A DNA stretch of 37,112 bases, from positions 1-37,112 of the forward strand of contig NW_021836840.1 in the NCBI RefSeq assembly GCF_006345805.1, read 5' to 3'. The notes under the pieces were generated by a model. It ran no database searches. It was not told the DNA's origin and saw only the letters and a list, made by a program, of their open reading frames with translations. Shown here in pieces: positions 1 to 11,774 of the stretch. The stretch is from Octopus sinensis. Lineage: Eukaryota. The translations under genes and the position numbers were made by a program. The stretch's first letter is position 1. Each line of letters opens with the position of its first letter.

Positions 1-268
1 AGGTGCAACTGTGAGCGTGGACGCCAACTCCGCCGCCATCGACATACGATGCATTTCATGCATTAAAATGGAATAAAATGATGTTTAAATTATTTTTTAA
101 ATCGTAGACTCATCGTTGACGTGCGCTAATAGCCAGACGGGCTCGATATTAATCACGACTATAAGATACCGAATTTGGTTAACTGCAACCGCAAAATGTG
201 GGAGGAGTTAGGAATCTAAATCGAAGGGGACAGACACCACACACACACTACAGTTTATATATATAGAT
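1..268 (+). mobile_element. 3' part of a non-autonomous Helitron/Helentron-like (Lep1/DINE-type) repeat
   Basis: Ends in gacagacac(ac)n...agtttatatatatagat, the terminal architecture I associate with Lep1/HINE-type elements; recalled similarity only, no coding evidence. Confidence 0.35.
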
Positions 269-376
269 ATACATATGCACATATTTATTTATGTGAAACG
301 ACGATATGAGGACAGACATAGGTACACAAATACATACATACATACAAATATATATTTGCATATGCATATGTATATA

Positions 377-529
377 CGCCAGGTTTCTTTTCACTTTCCT
401 TCTACCAAAATCCACTCGCAAAGCTTTCGTCGGCCTGAGGCTATAGTAGATGTCACTTGCCCAAGGTTCCACGCAGTGGGACTGAACACGAATCACGTGG
501 TTGGAAAGCAAGCTTCTTACCACACAGCC
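377..529 (-). mobile_element. tRNA-derived CORE-type SINE, family A (OR1-like), 5' half
   Basis: Reverse complement ggctgtgtggtaagaagcttgc...gttcagtcccactgcgtggaaccttgggcaagtg aligns with the copies at 12868-13261 and 26760-27187; it stops at the central microsatellite. Confidence 0.8.
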
Positions 530-879
530 GTGTATGTGTGTGAGTGTGTTTGTGTGTATACATTACGTATGCACATACCTCCTTTATTTAACAGATACGA
601 ACAACAAACAAATAAGAAATATTTAAGATTGTTGACTTAACGAACAATAAACTTGTTTGTTCTAAAAAAAACGAACACAGCAACTAACGGAATATCTAAA
701 TGTGAAAAAAAATAGCAGACAGAGACGGTTGTGTTTAATGCTACACGAAGAGGAAAACCGAGATCTTTTGAAGGTAGTTCTTGCGGAAGAAGAGAAAGAG
801 AAAGAAGAGAGGATAATGGAGGAAATGGAAACGGAGATGGTGTATGGGAGATCCATGGTGGTAAAGGCTGATGCTTGTT

Positions 880-1235
880 GTGATAGTAAAATTCGGAATG
901 AAGGGAGAGAGAGGGAGTTTGGAGAAAGTTATAGGCGATTAGAGAGAGGAGGGATGGATGAGAGAGGGAGAGAGAGTGTGGGTGAAGGAGTGAGTAAGTG
1001 AGAGAGTGAAAAAGAGAGGGTGTGAGCGAGTGAGAATCAGAGAGAGAGAGAGAGTGGGTGAAAGTGAGCGAGAGAAAATGTAACAGTGAATGAGTGAGAG
1101 AGAACGAACTAGAGGTAAAGCGAAAGAAGAAAGAAAACCAGAGATAGAAAGAGAAAGAGGGATAGAGAAAGAGAAGAAGAGAGGGAGAGGACTAGATGAG
1201 AGAGAGAGGAGGAGGAGGAAAGGACTGGTGAAAAG
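880..1235. repeat. GA-rich low-complexity tract
   Basis: Degenerate (GA)n/(GAGT)n runs. Confidence 0.8.
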
Positions 1236-1276
1236 CTGTTCCCTGAGAAATTCATAATGTATATATATATATATAC

Positions 1277-1521
1277 TAGTCAACATGATAGATTGCTAGC
1301 CACTACACACATTTTTTTCTCTCCTTTTTTTCTCTCCTTTTTTCTCTCCTCTTTTTTTCTCTCCTCCTTGTTTCTCTCCTTGTTTTTTCTGTGTCCCTTT
1401 CTGGTAGAAGAGCGTAGACTCGAAACGTAAAAGACTTTTTCTTCTATTCCTGAGCGTTATACTAATACATCTGTTTGTTTTGTACACCACCTGTCTTCGT
1501 CTTTTGTTTTTTTCGTAACCT

Positions 1522-1523
<2 letters not shown>
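1277..1523 (+). mobile_element. Penelope-like terminal-repeat fragment with a non-canonical hammerhead-like motif
   Basis: Homologous to 11775-11920 (-) and 10457-10526 (+); contains cttt-ctggtaga-agagcgtagactc-gaaacgta-aaag; flanked by (TA)n on both sides. Confidence 0.55.
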
Positions 1524-1565
<42 letters not shown>

Positions 1566-1569
1566 TATA

Positions 1570-1604
<35 letters not shown>

Positions 1605-1661
1605 TATATATATATATATATATACATATATATAACTCGCTCTGAGATTTATCATTATATA

Positions 1662-1734
<73 letters not shown>

Positions 1735-1742
1735 TAATTATA
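1524..1742. repeat. (TA)n microsatellite, interrupted
   Basis: Direct reading. Confidence 0.95.
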
Positions 1743-2571
1743 TACATGTGTGTGCGGGTAAAATACTAGCGTAGCTTGGTTAATGAATAGAAGACAAATT
1801 CAGCAGTACATAGAGGATAAGTTACAAATATGGAAACTGATGTGGGTCTATCCGTATAAAACAGCAGTAAAAAATATGGGGAAAAAATGGCCGAAAAACG
1901 CTGATATGGAGCTTATAAACGAATAAATTGTAATCTTTTTTGTAACTCTGATTTATAACTGATCTAAATCATTCTCGTTTTTAGATCAGTTAAGACTGCA
2001 GTAAAACTGACAAAGGTCCAACTAGCACGAAATATCGATCTATTAGCTGTTCAACGTGATTGCAATCTCTAAGGAATTGCATCCAGCAAATTATTGGTGA
2101 TGAAACCCAGAATTTCTATTTTTCTCCCATCATTATTAACTAATTAATTAATTATTAATTAATTTCTGAATAAATAAGTTAGTGACCATGCCGGAAATAA
2201 CAGCTGAATCTCATTCAAATCAAATTTTACGGTCTTACGTAAGGAAACTGACGTAGAATAATACAATAATAGACACATTATGATTACAAAAATGTATGCA
2301 ACACATATACACACATGCACACAGATATACACTTACACATGAAGATGGAGGGCTGTTAGGCTTAGAACGCTTTTGATCACATGTCTGCTGCAGCTGAACA
2401 CTAATAACCATAACAGTATCACCATCATCATCATAAATATCATCGCCGTGAAGAAGAACAAAAAAAAGAAGAAAAACAGCAACTTATAATCATATTCTCT
2501 GTGGTATGGGAAATAATAGTTTTTACCTTAATTAACAAATGTACGTACTTGTATCACAGCAGATATCAGCG

Positions 2572-2591
2572 TATATATATATATATATATT

Positions 2592-2628
<37 letters not shown>

Positions 2629-2940
2629 AATATATAGACACATGTCGATATGTCGATATATATGTATATATATACTATACATATATATATATGTATGTAT
2701 ATATATATTATATACATATATTATATTATATTAAATATATATATGTATATATAATATGTATATAAATATTTATATGATATATATGTATATAATATATATA
2801 TGTATATATATATTACATTTATATATATATATGCATGTCGATATATCCATATGTGTGTGTCGATATATATATATATATATGTATGTGTGCGTGTGTGTAT
2901 ACATATATATATGTATGTATTTGTATATATATGTGTGTGC
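2572..2940. repeat. Compound (TA)n/(TG)n microsatellite
   Basis: Direct reading. Confidence 0.9.
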
Positions 2941-3678
2941 ATAATTGATAGAGAGATAGATTAGATTTGTGACGGTCAGAGCATGCGCCGTTGGTTCTGC
3001 TGCTCCACTAAAACTGCAGGAGAACCAAAATTACCTCAAGTCATTAATAATTAAATGTATATACTATTCGGTAACTTATATGGTATTCTGTAACACCCAC
3101 ACGCACGCACGCACACACGCACACACATCATTATATTCATATATGCACATATATGTGTGTGTATGTGTATACACATATACATTTATGTATGCAATGATTT
3201 ATACGTGTTTTGTATGTGTTTTTAAATGTACAGGATCATGTAATCCTAGGCATAACAGTAAGTTTGCAAAAAATAAATGGTTATCATATTCTTGCTTGAC
3301 GTAGTATCGACGCGTGTGACCATGCGAAAATTGCAGTTGTTAAATGTGGGTTGCGACGACAACTAGACCACAAATGCCATCACACCACCACCACCACCAC
3401 CATCACCAATAACAACAACAACGCCAGCAACAACACCTTCACTACCACCACTACTACAGCCACCACCCACCACTGATTTATCTCTTTCTATTTGACCCTC
3501 TCTGTCTATCTATTTATCTATCTATCTATCTATCTTATGTCGATATTTTTTGTATCTGTTTAACAAACTATACTTAGCACATAAGAACGAAACAAATACA
3601 ATCTCCCGAACTCTTACCAGTGCGCGCGTTCGCACAAACACACACATACACACAAACACGTACATATATAATTGTATA

Positions 3679-3727
<49 letters not shown>

Positions 3728-3737
3728 TATATATATA

Positions 3738-4157
3738 CACAAGAAAAAACAAGAAAAAAGCAACAAGAATGGATTAGTTTTTCAGTACAATTGTTTCATA
3801 CAAAGAACAGCTTTATTAAAAGCTGCAAATATTGCAGCAAATACAAGTGTCCGGTACTCATCAGCCAAAACACATATGAGTTTTCCAAACATCCTAGGGG
3901 GTGAGGCTACACTCATGAAGTATCGAAGAGAGTTCTATAAAAGCAAAGCAAATTTAGATTGTAAGCAGACTTCTAAAGTTATCTAATGATGCACAGTTTT
4001 ATAAAAGGTTTTAGAAAAGCTTGTTAGCTTCACAGAAAAGGTAAATCCATCCATAATAATGTAGGTGTAATTTCCGGAGATATGAGGAGATATTTCATAC
4101 TCAGAGACGATGAATTTATCCATAATAAAGTGGGTATAATTTCCTGATATATGAGAA

Positions 4158-4158
<1 letters not shown>
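3738..4158 (-). mobile_element. Penelope-like terminal fragment carrying a hammerhead
   Basis: Contains the complete hammerhead at 3780-3870; bounded by (TA)n at about 3670-3737 and 4160-4200. Confidence 0.5.
3780..3870 (-). ncRNA. Type I hammerhead ribozyme motif
   Basis: Minus strand: ttttgg CUGAUGA gtac-[~52 nt]-gtat GAAA C aatt G UA ctgaaa. Core intact, palindromic CAAUUG stem III, stem I of 6 bp including G-U pairs. Confidence 0.75.
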
Positions 4159-4194
<36 letters not shown>

Positions 4195-4201
4195 TATATA
4201 T

Positions 4202-4573
4202 ACCGGGCGCCACTGCGTAGTACCAAGGACTCCAAATTTGCCATCAAGATGTAGGACAAGATGCTTGAGTGCCCTGGGCTTCCGAGGCCCACAGCCTTCA
4301 ATATCCTCCCGAAGAACCTGAGGGACCTGCATGGTGTAGATGCGGATGTCTTTAAAGTAGGACTGGATCTCTTCCTGTCAGGTCCCGGATGAACCAACTT
4401 CACGGCAGGAGGTGCAGATGAGGGCAGCTGCATCGAACTCTCTCATGCACCAAATGGCAGTTGCTAAAAAGCATCCGTGAGGTAAAATCATGTAGCAAAC
4501 CAAATGGCGGTGCCCCAGCATGGCCACAGCTCATGAGCTGAAACTGGAAAAATCAAAATCAAATCAAAATCAA
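4202..4573 (+). mobile_element. CR1/L2-like LINE, 5'-truncated 3' end (ORF2 C-terminus, 3'UTR and (AAATC)n tail)
   Basis: With small frameshifts reads RGPQ-FNILPKNLRDLHGVDADVFKVGLDLFLSG-PDEPTSRQEVQMRAAASNSLMHQM; 3' stem-loop at 4527-4540 followed by a tandem tail. Confidence 0.8.
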
Positions 4574-4602
4574 ATATATATATATATATATGTGTATATA
4601 TA

Positions 4603-4779
4603 TGTCTGGATCACTTTATGTCACAACACATTTATCAATTGAATATATATTCTTCTTTATACATGATTGTATTAGATTTTGTTCATCCTATGAGTTATAT
4701 TCGCCAGTGTTTCTAGATCATGCCTTCGTTTATATTACATCCTAGCAACTTTATTTGCAGAGGTAGTCCTTGTTGCACA

Positions 4780-4785
<6 letters not shown>
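4603..4785 (+). repeat. Unclassified interspersed repeat, copy 1 of 2
   Basis: Aligns by eye with 10012-10212 (tgtctggatca.tttatgtcac...tttatcaattgaata...tgtttctagatc...ccttcgtttatattac); both copies are followed by TC/TCTA microsatellite. Confidence 0.7.
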
Positions 4786-4826
<41 letters not shown>

Positions 4827-4869
4827 GTCTATCTATCTATCTCTCTACCGACTGTGTGGAGTCAAAAGC

Positions 4870-5135
4870 TTTGCAGTATTTTGGTATCTTATGTTCTGTA
4901 TTCATCAAGTTACAAGAAAAGCAGCTAAGCATTTTAAGTGGGGACATAGTGTTGCACCGTTTGAAGCCACCTTTATGCCGGTTCTTTAATCCCAAAACTG
5001 ATACCATCTCTTGTCCTTCGAGACAAAGAACGCTTTAACAGAAGCTTCCATGTCGTCTTGGTTGATGAAGTGTCGCGAGCGCAGGAAGTGAACCATGGAC
5101 CGGAAAAAAGTAATAATCCAAGGGAAGGATTTTTG
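4870..5135 (-). pseudogene. mariner transposase C-terminal remnant and 3' end
   Basis: With frameshifts: PLDYYFFRSMVHFLRSRHFINQDDMEASVKAFFVSKDKRWYQFGIKE..RWLQTVQH, matching the mariner region after the third catalytic Asp. Confidence 0.75.
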
Positions 5136-5139
5136 CAGT

Positions 5140-5660
5140 CCTTACGTGCATAAGGAATGGTTTATAAAGGGCCAGCATGCAGAACCTCTCACCAATCATG
5201 GGCGTTTCGAACACAAATTGAAGCTCTGCGTCAGGTGGAATTATGAGGGTATAACTCACTATGAGCTCATTTGGATGGTCAACCCATCGATGCCAACTTC
5301 AGTTCCAAACAGCTGAAGTGGAGGTAGGCATTGGGCGGCAAAAATAACACAAGGTGGGTTCTCCTGCTGCAAGACAACGCAAGACCTCATGCCGCTGGAA
5401 CTACCCGGAATAAGCTACACCCGGAATAAACATATAAACAGGACCTAGCTCCTTCGGATTATTACTTTTCCAATTCATGGCTCACTTTCTGCGTTCTTGA
5501 CGCTCCATCAACCGAGAGAAAGACAAGAGCAGCCCTTAACATGGAATCGAAGAACTAGCAGAAAGGTGACTGCAACATAATGGCCACTCCTTTGAAAGCT
5601 AGGCTGCTTTAGATCTAACTTGACGAATAAAACAAATAAGCTGCCATTCAATAACGGTAT
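5140..5660 (+). pseudogene. mariner transposase remnant (central and C-terminal parts, internally deleted)
   Basis: KLKLCVRWNYEGITHYEL...VLLLQDNARPHAAGTTRNKL, then DLAPSDYYF...HGIEELAER; typical DD34D mariner motifs. Confidence 0.8.
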
Positions 5661-5674
5661 ATTCGTAGAGTTTT

Positions 5675-8600
5675 CAACCAAATTAATGGACCACGGGCTA
5701 TACGTCCCCTGCCAAATTCAAGATCACAACATACACGTACACTGCAACATAATTTCTTTTCCTCAACAGGCCCTGCCCTATTTAACATTGTCCCGAGGGA
5801 GATCAAAGAGGAAAAGGATCCCATCAACTTCAAACAGAGTCTGGATAGATTCCTTCAAAGAATACCAGATAAGCCACCCATAATTGGATACAACTCACCC
5901 AACAAGAACTCACTACTTGAACAAAACTGGATACATCTCACCCAACAAGAACTCACTACTTGAACAAAACTGGATACATCTCACCCAACAAGAACTCACT
6001 ACTTGAACAAAACTGGATACAACTCACCCAACAAGAACTCACTACTTGAACAAAACTGGATACATCTCACCCAACAAGAACTCACTACTTGAACAAAACT
6101 GGATACAACTCACCCAACAAGAACTCACTACTTGAACAAAACTGGATACATCTCACCCAACAAGAACTCACTACTTGAACAAAACTGGATACATCTCACC
6201 CAACAAGAACTCACTACTTGAACAAAACTGGATACAACTCACCCAACAAGAACTCACTACTTGAACAAAACTGGATACATCTCACCCAACAAGAACTCAC
6301 TACTTGAACAAAACTGGATACATCTCACCCAACAAGAACTCACTAGTTGAACAAAACTGGATACATCTCACCCAACAAGAACTCACTACTTGAACAAAAC
6401 TGGATACATCTCACCCAACAAGACTCACTACTCGAACAAAACTGGATACAACTCACCCAACAAGAACTCACTACTTGAACAAAACTGGATACATCTCACC
6501 CAACAAGACTCACTACTTGAACAAAACTGGATACACTCACCCACCAACAAGAACTCACTACTTGAACAAACTGGATACAACTCACCCAACAAGAACTCAC
6601 TACTTGAACAAAACTGGATACATCTCACCAAGAAGAACTCACTACTTGAACAAAACTGGATACATCTCACCCAACAAGAACTCACTACTTGAACAAAACT
6701 GGATACATCTCACCCAACAAGAACTCACTACTTGAACAAAACTGTAACAACTCACCCAACAAGAACTCACTACTTGAACAAAACTGGATACATCTCACCC
6801 AACAAGAACTCACTACTTGAACAAAACTGGATACATCTCACCCAACAAGAACTCACTAGTTGAACAAAACTGGATACATCTCACCCAACAAGAACTCACT
6901 ACTTGAACAAAACTGGATACATCTCACCCAACAAGAACTCACTACTCGAACAAAACTGGATACAACTCACCCAACAAGAACTCACTACTTGAACAAAACT
7001 GGATACATCTCACCCAACAAGAACTCACTACTTGAACAAAACTGGATACATCTCACCCAACAAGAACTCACTACTTGAACAAAACTGGATACAACTCACC
7101 CAACAAGAACTCACTACTTGAACAGAACTGGATACATCTCACCCAACAAGAACTCACTACTTGAACAAAACTGGATACAACTCACCCAACAAGAACTCAC
7201 TACTTGAACAAAACTGGATACAACTCACCCAACAAGAACTCACTACTTGAACAAAACTGGATACATCTCACCCAACAAGAACTCACTACTTGAACAAAAC
7301 TGGATACATCTCACCCAACAAGAACTCACTACTTGAACAAAACTGGATACAACTCACCCAACAAGAACTCACTACTTGAACAAAACTGGATACAACTCAC
7401 CCAACAAGAACTCACTACTTGAACAAAACTGGATACAACTCACCCAACAAGAACTCACTACTTGAACAAAACTGGATACATCTCACCCAACAAGAACTCA
7501 CTACTTGAACAAAACTGGATACATCTCACCCAACAAGAACTCACTACTTGAACAAAACTGGATACAACTCACCCAACAAGAACTCACTACTTGAACAAAA
7601 CTGGATACAACTCACCCAACAAGAACTCACTACTTGAACAAAACTGGATACAACTCACCCAACAAGACTCACTACTTGAACAAAACGGATACATCTCACC
7701 CAACAAGAACTCACTACTTGAACAAAACTGGATACATCTCACCCAACAAGAACTCACTACTTGAACAAAACTGTACAACTCACCCAACAAGAACTCACTA
7801 CTTGAACAAAACTGGATACAACTCACCCAACAAGAACTCACTACTTGCAAAAACTGGATACATCTCACCCAACAAGAACTCACTACTTGAACAAAACTGG
7901 ATACAACTCACCCACCCAACAAGAACACTACTTGAACAAAACTGGATACATCTCACCCAACAAGAACTCACTACTTGAACAAAACTGGATACATCTCACC
8001 CAACAAGAACTCACTACTTGAACAAAACTGGATACAACTCACCCAACAAGAACTCACTACTTGAACAAAACTGGATACATCTCACCCAACAAGAACTCAC
8101 TACTTGAACAAAACTGGATACAACTCACCCAACAAGAACTCACTACTTGAACAAAACTGGATACATCTCACTCTCACCCAACAAGAACTCACTACTTGAA
8201 CAAAACTGGATACATCTCACCCACCAAGAACTCACTACTTGAACAAAACTGGATACATCTCACCCACAAGAACTCACTACTTGAACAAAACTGGATACAT
8301 CTCACCCAACAAGAACTCACTACTTGAACAAAACTGGATACATCTCACCCAACAAGAACTCACTACTTGAACAAATGGATACATCTCACCCAACAAGAAC
8401 TCACTACTTGAACAAAACTGGATACAACTCACCCAACAAGAACTCACTACTTGAACAAAACTGGATACATCTCACCCAACAAGAACTCACTACTTGAACA
8501 AAACTGGATACAACTCACCCCAACAAAACTCACTACTTGAACAAAACTGGATACAACTCACCCACACAAGAACTCACTACTTGAACAAAACTGGATACAT

Positions 8601-9055
8601 CTCACCCACAACAGAACTCACTACTTGAACAAAACTGGATACACTCACCCAACAAGAACTCACTACTGACCACAACAAACTGGATACAACTCACCCCAAC
8701 AACTAACCAAAACTACTCACTACTTGAACAAAACTGGATACACTCACCCAACAAGAACTCACTACTTGAACAAAACTGGATACAACTCACCCAACACAAA
8801 CACTCACTACTTGAACAAAACTGGATACATCTCACCCACACAAGAACTCACTCTACTTGAACAAACTGGATACAACTCACCCCACAAACTCACTACTTGA
8901 ACAAAACTGGATACAACTCACCCAACAAGAACTCACTACTTGAACAAAACTTGACTTAAACAGGATTCGAATAATCCTATCAGGTGGTGCTATTAAGTTA
9001 GACATGGCCTGGACCAATCTCTGGTCGAAACATATCTAAGTTTTATCTAAGTTTA
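5675..9055 (+). mobile_element. CR1/L2-like LINE 3' fragment interrupted by its own tandemly amplified segment
   Basis: 5675-5925 reads NGPRAIRPLPNSRSQHTRTLQHNFFSSTGPALFNIVPREIKEEKDPINFKQSLDRFLQRIPDKPPIIGYNSPNKNSLLE; 3'UTR with ggtggtgc..catggcc, hairpin gacca/tggtc, gaaac and an atctaagttt tail at 8952-9055. Confidence 0.8.
5886..8951 (+). repeat. 43-bp tandem minisatellite, about 71 copies
   Basis: Unit GGATACA(A/T)CTCACCCAACAAGAACTCACTACTTGAACAAAACT; highly homogeneous, more indels after about 8150. Confidence 0.98.
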
Positions 9056-9240
9056 TTATTTTGTTCATCCTGCAATAACATTGGTTCGATTTCACTTTCG
9101 ATCGAAATTTTATCAGTCATTCATGGTTGCCTTATTCCTTCATACTTGATGACTTTGGGACAATGCTCTGACCTATGACCGGGCTTTGTAATGTTTTCTC
9201 AACTTCCTTTCTTTCATTCGCTTTCTTTTGCTATCTCTCC

Positions 9241-9241
9241 C

Positions 9242-9311
<70 letters not shown>

Positions 9312-9355
9312 CACTCACTCTCTTTCTCTTTCTCTCTCTCTATCTATCTATCCAT

Positions 9356-9388
<33 letters not shown>

Positions 9389-9410
9389 CCATTCTCTCTC
9401 TCTCTCTATC
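9241..9410. repeat. (TCTA)n/(TC)n microsatellite
   Basis: Direct reading. Confidence 0.95.
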
Positions 9411-9641
9411 AGTCTATCGCACTGTCGATCAATCTGCCCCCTCCTTCTCCCTCGAGCTATCCGCCAATCCATCTAATATCTCTCTGTTTGTCTCTATACC
9501 GCCGTATCTTTCAATCCGTAATTCAATCTCTCTTTTACTATCTGCCACGCAAATGCTACTTAATATTCAAGCTGGGAACAAATAGAATTCCGTGAATTGT
9601 TTTCAGTGCTCATACTTAATACACACACACACACACAAACA

Positions 9642-9691
<50 letters not shown>

Positions 9692-10011
9692 AACTACATG
9701 TATATCTATCTATGTATGTGCATGTGAGTGAATGTGTGTGCAAGTCTATGTGAATATGTGCGTGAACATGTGTATGTAAATATGTGTGTGCATATGTGTG
9801 TGTGTATGTGAATAAGGAATTTATTCCAACAATGGATCACTTTATGCAATGCCTGAATTCTTGGATCTTTTGACAAATATTCCATCCTAAAGGATCGCAT
9901 ATACATGAAAATAGTAAATATCTCCATTAATTATTTGTGGTGTGCAAACAAACGATTATTCGCAAGCCATCTGTATCTAAGATTTCACGAGGTGTTAATG
10001 GAACGAAACAA

Positions 10012-10211
10012 TGTCTGGATCAGTTTATGTCACTCTACGTTTATCAATTGAATAAATATGTATTCTTCTTTACAAACAATTCTATTAGATTTTGTTAATC
10101 TCATAACAACAGGAGTTAGATTTTCCATTGTTTCTAGATCTCTCCTTCGTTTATATTACCTCCCAGCCATTTCATTAGAGGAGCTGGTCCCTGTTGTATG
10201 GCTGCAACGTC

Positions 10212-10212
<1 letters not shown>
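10012..10212 (+). repeat. Unclassified interspersed repeat, copy 2 of 2
   Basis: Homologous to 4603-4785. Confidence 0.7.
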
Positions 10213-10286
<74 letters not shown>

Positions 10287-10456
10287 AAGCTCTCTGTCTG
10301 CCTGTCTGTCTGCCTGTCTGTCTGCCTGCCTGTCTGTCTTTATCAAGCTCTCTGTCTCTTTTTCTCTATTTAGATACATACAAACATATATACGTATGTA
10401 TGTATGTATCTAGTTAGCTGTTGATATATATACACATATGTATATATTTATATCGC

Positions 10457-10526
10457 CATGATAAATAGCTAGTCACTATACATTCTTTCTTTGCTCTCCT
10501 TGTTTCTCCCTCTGTTCCTTTCTGTT
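10457..10526 (+). mobile_element. Short truncated copy of the 1277-1523 repeat family
   Basis: catgataaatagctagtcactatacattc...ctccttgtttctccctctgttcctttctg matches the 5' part of the family and stops at the hammerhead-like core. Confidence 0.55.
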
Positions 10527-10559
10527 AAAATCCAGAAATCCTAGCGGCCACACCATCAA

Positions 10560-11200
10560 CCTTTCACCTTGTGTGCCGTAAGACCCTCCTTAGCAATATT
10601 TGGGTGGTCCAAGCAGAGTGGAATGAAACGTTGTCATGCATGAATACGATATTCCTTAGAAGAGACCGTGGCATGTCATTTAGCCAATGTTCCAAGATAT
10701 CCTTCAGAAGATTGCAGTAGGCGGCTGTGGTCACTATAACTTCTTCAGGTACCCTGACTGGGCCAACAAGTCTGTACCCAATGATACCAGACCACAACAT
10801 GACACCTCTACTCAGTTGTTGCCGTCGTGAACATTGGTGACGCTCATCTCCAAAATAGATCCAAACTATTTTCCCAACTGTCAGGTCCGTCGAGGGTCGC
10901 TCTGGTTTTGCTAGTGAACAGAACACAACTCATGTCTATCGTCATTTAATTTTTGGCCCATTGATGCCTCGAAACCCTGTGAGTAGGAAGTTTCAGGGGT
11001 TCTTCCACGGAAGCCATGGTCCCAAAGATGCGGTTTATGGTGGTTTTCGATACACGAGGAAGTCGGGAGGCCATGAAATTGTCATTCTTTGTTTTCGCAG
11101 ATTCCCTACGTAAGTTGTGACCAATATTCCTTAAATCCCTAGCTGTCACAGTTTTGGAAGTCCTACAATCGGATCGTTTCTTTTTTGGCGCTCATGTGGC
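10560..11200 (-). pseudogene. Tc1-family transposase remnant
   Basis: TARDLRNI..LRR...VSKTTINRI...R.QWAK; RRQQ..GVMLWSGIIGYRLVGPVRVPE...IVFMHDN..H; frameshifts and stops. Confidence 0.85.
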
Positions 11201-11774
11201 TAAATAATTCATTATGTCAATGAATATTATAATATTATTATTGTTTTCTATTAAATATATACTCAATGAATGCATTACCTTTCATTTTCTGAAGAAAAAA
11301 AATGTCTAAGTGGACTATTTTCATTCGAAAGCTATTAGCGTGGTTCACCCCAAAATGATGAATCTGAAAGAAAAACGAAAGGACATTGCACAGAATAATG
11401 AAAACGTAACAATGGTATCGCCATAGTGTGCAAACCAAGTGGAAAAATTTTAATCAAAATCGATTCACAGAAACCAAGAAATCCTAAATTTCACTCCTAA
11501 GCTATTAGGTTGCTTCTTGATATATGTATATATATCAGAAATATTAAATTTGTAAATGTCTCAAAGAGACATGAGCGGTGGTGGAGCGATAGAGCGGTTG
11601 TATACTGTCATAGAGTGGTTGTATACTAGTCATGCCATGTGGGCAATGCCTGATAATTGTGCAAGGACACCCAAAGTGTTAAAAATTGATGTCTTGCATG
11701 CTCGAGGCGCATGAAACTAATAGTAGCAGTTAAAATCATTTATTGTGTTCATGAAATTATATTTATCTCTCACC

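Noticed and set aside
702-1001. Glu-rich 99-aa ORF
   Set aside because: Purine-rich low-complexity composition explains the absence of stops; no recognisable domain
1956-1992. 13-bp perfect hairpin taactgatctaaa/tttagatcagtta
   Set aside because: Real but isolated and AT-rich, with no supporting context for a terminator or ncRNA call
3783-3933. Minus-strand exon (NSLRYFMSV...KQLY*) after a good acceptor
   Set aside because: It overlaps the hammerhead-bearing fragment bounded by (TA)n; a repeat origin is more parsimonious
5620-5883. 87-aa plus-strand ORF
   Set aside because: Chimeric across the mariner 3' end and the LINE, and not in the LINE reading frame
5886-8951. CRISPR-like array
   Set aside because: Units are contiguous with no unique spacers, there are no cas genes, the context is eukaryotic, and the unit derives from a LINE
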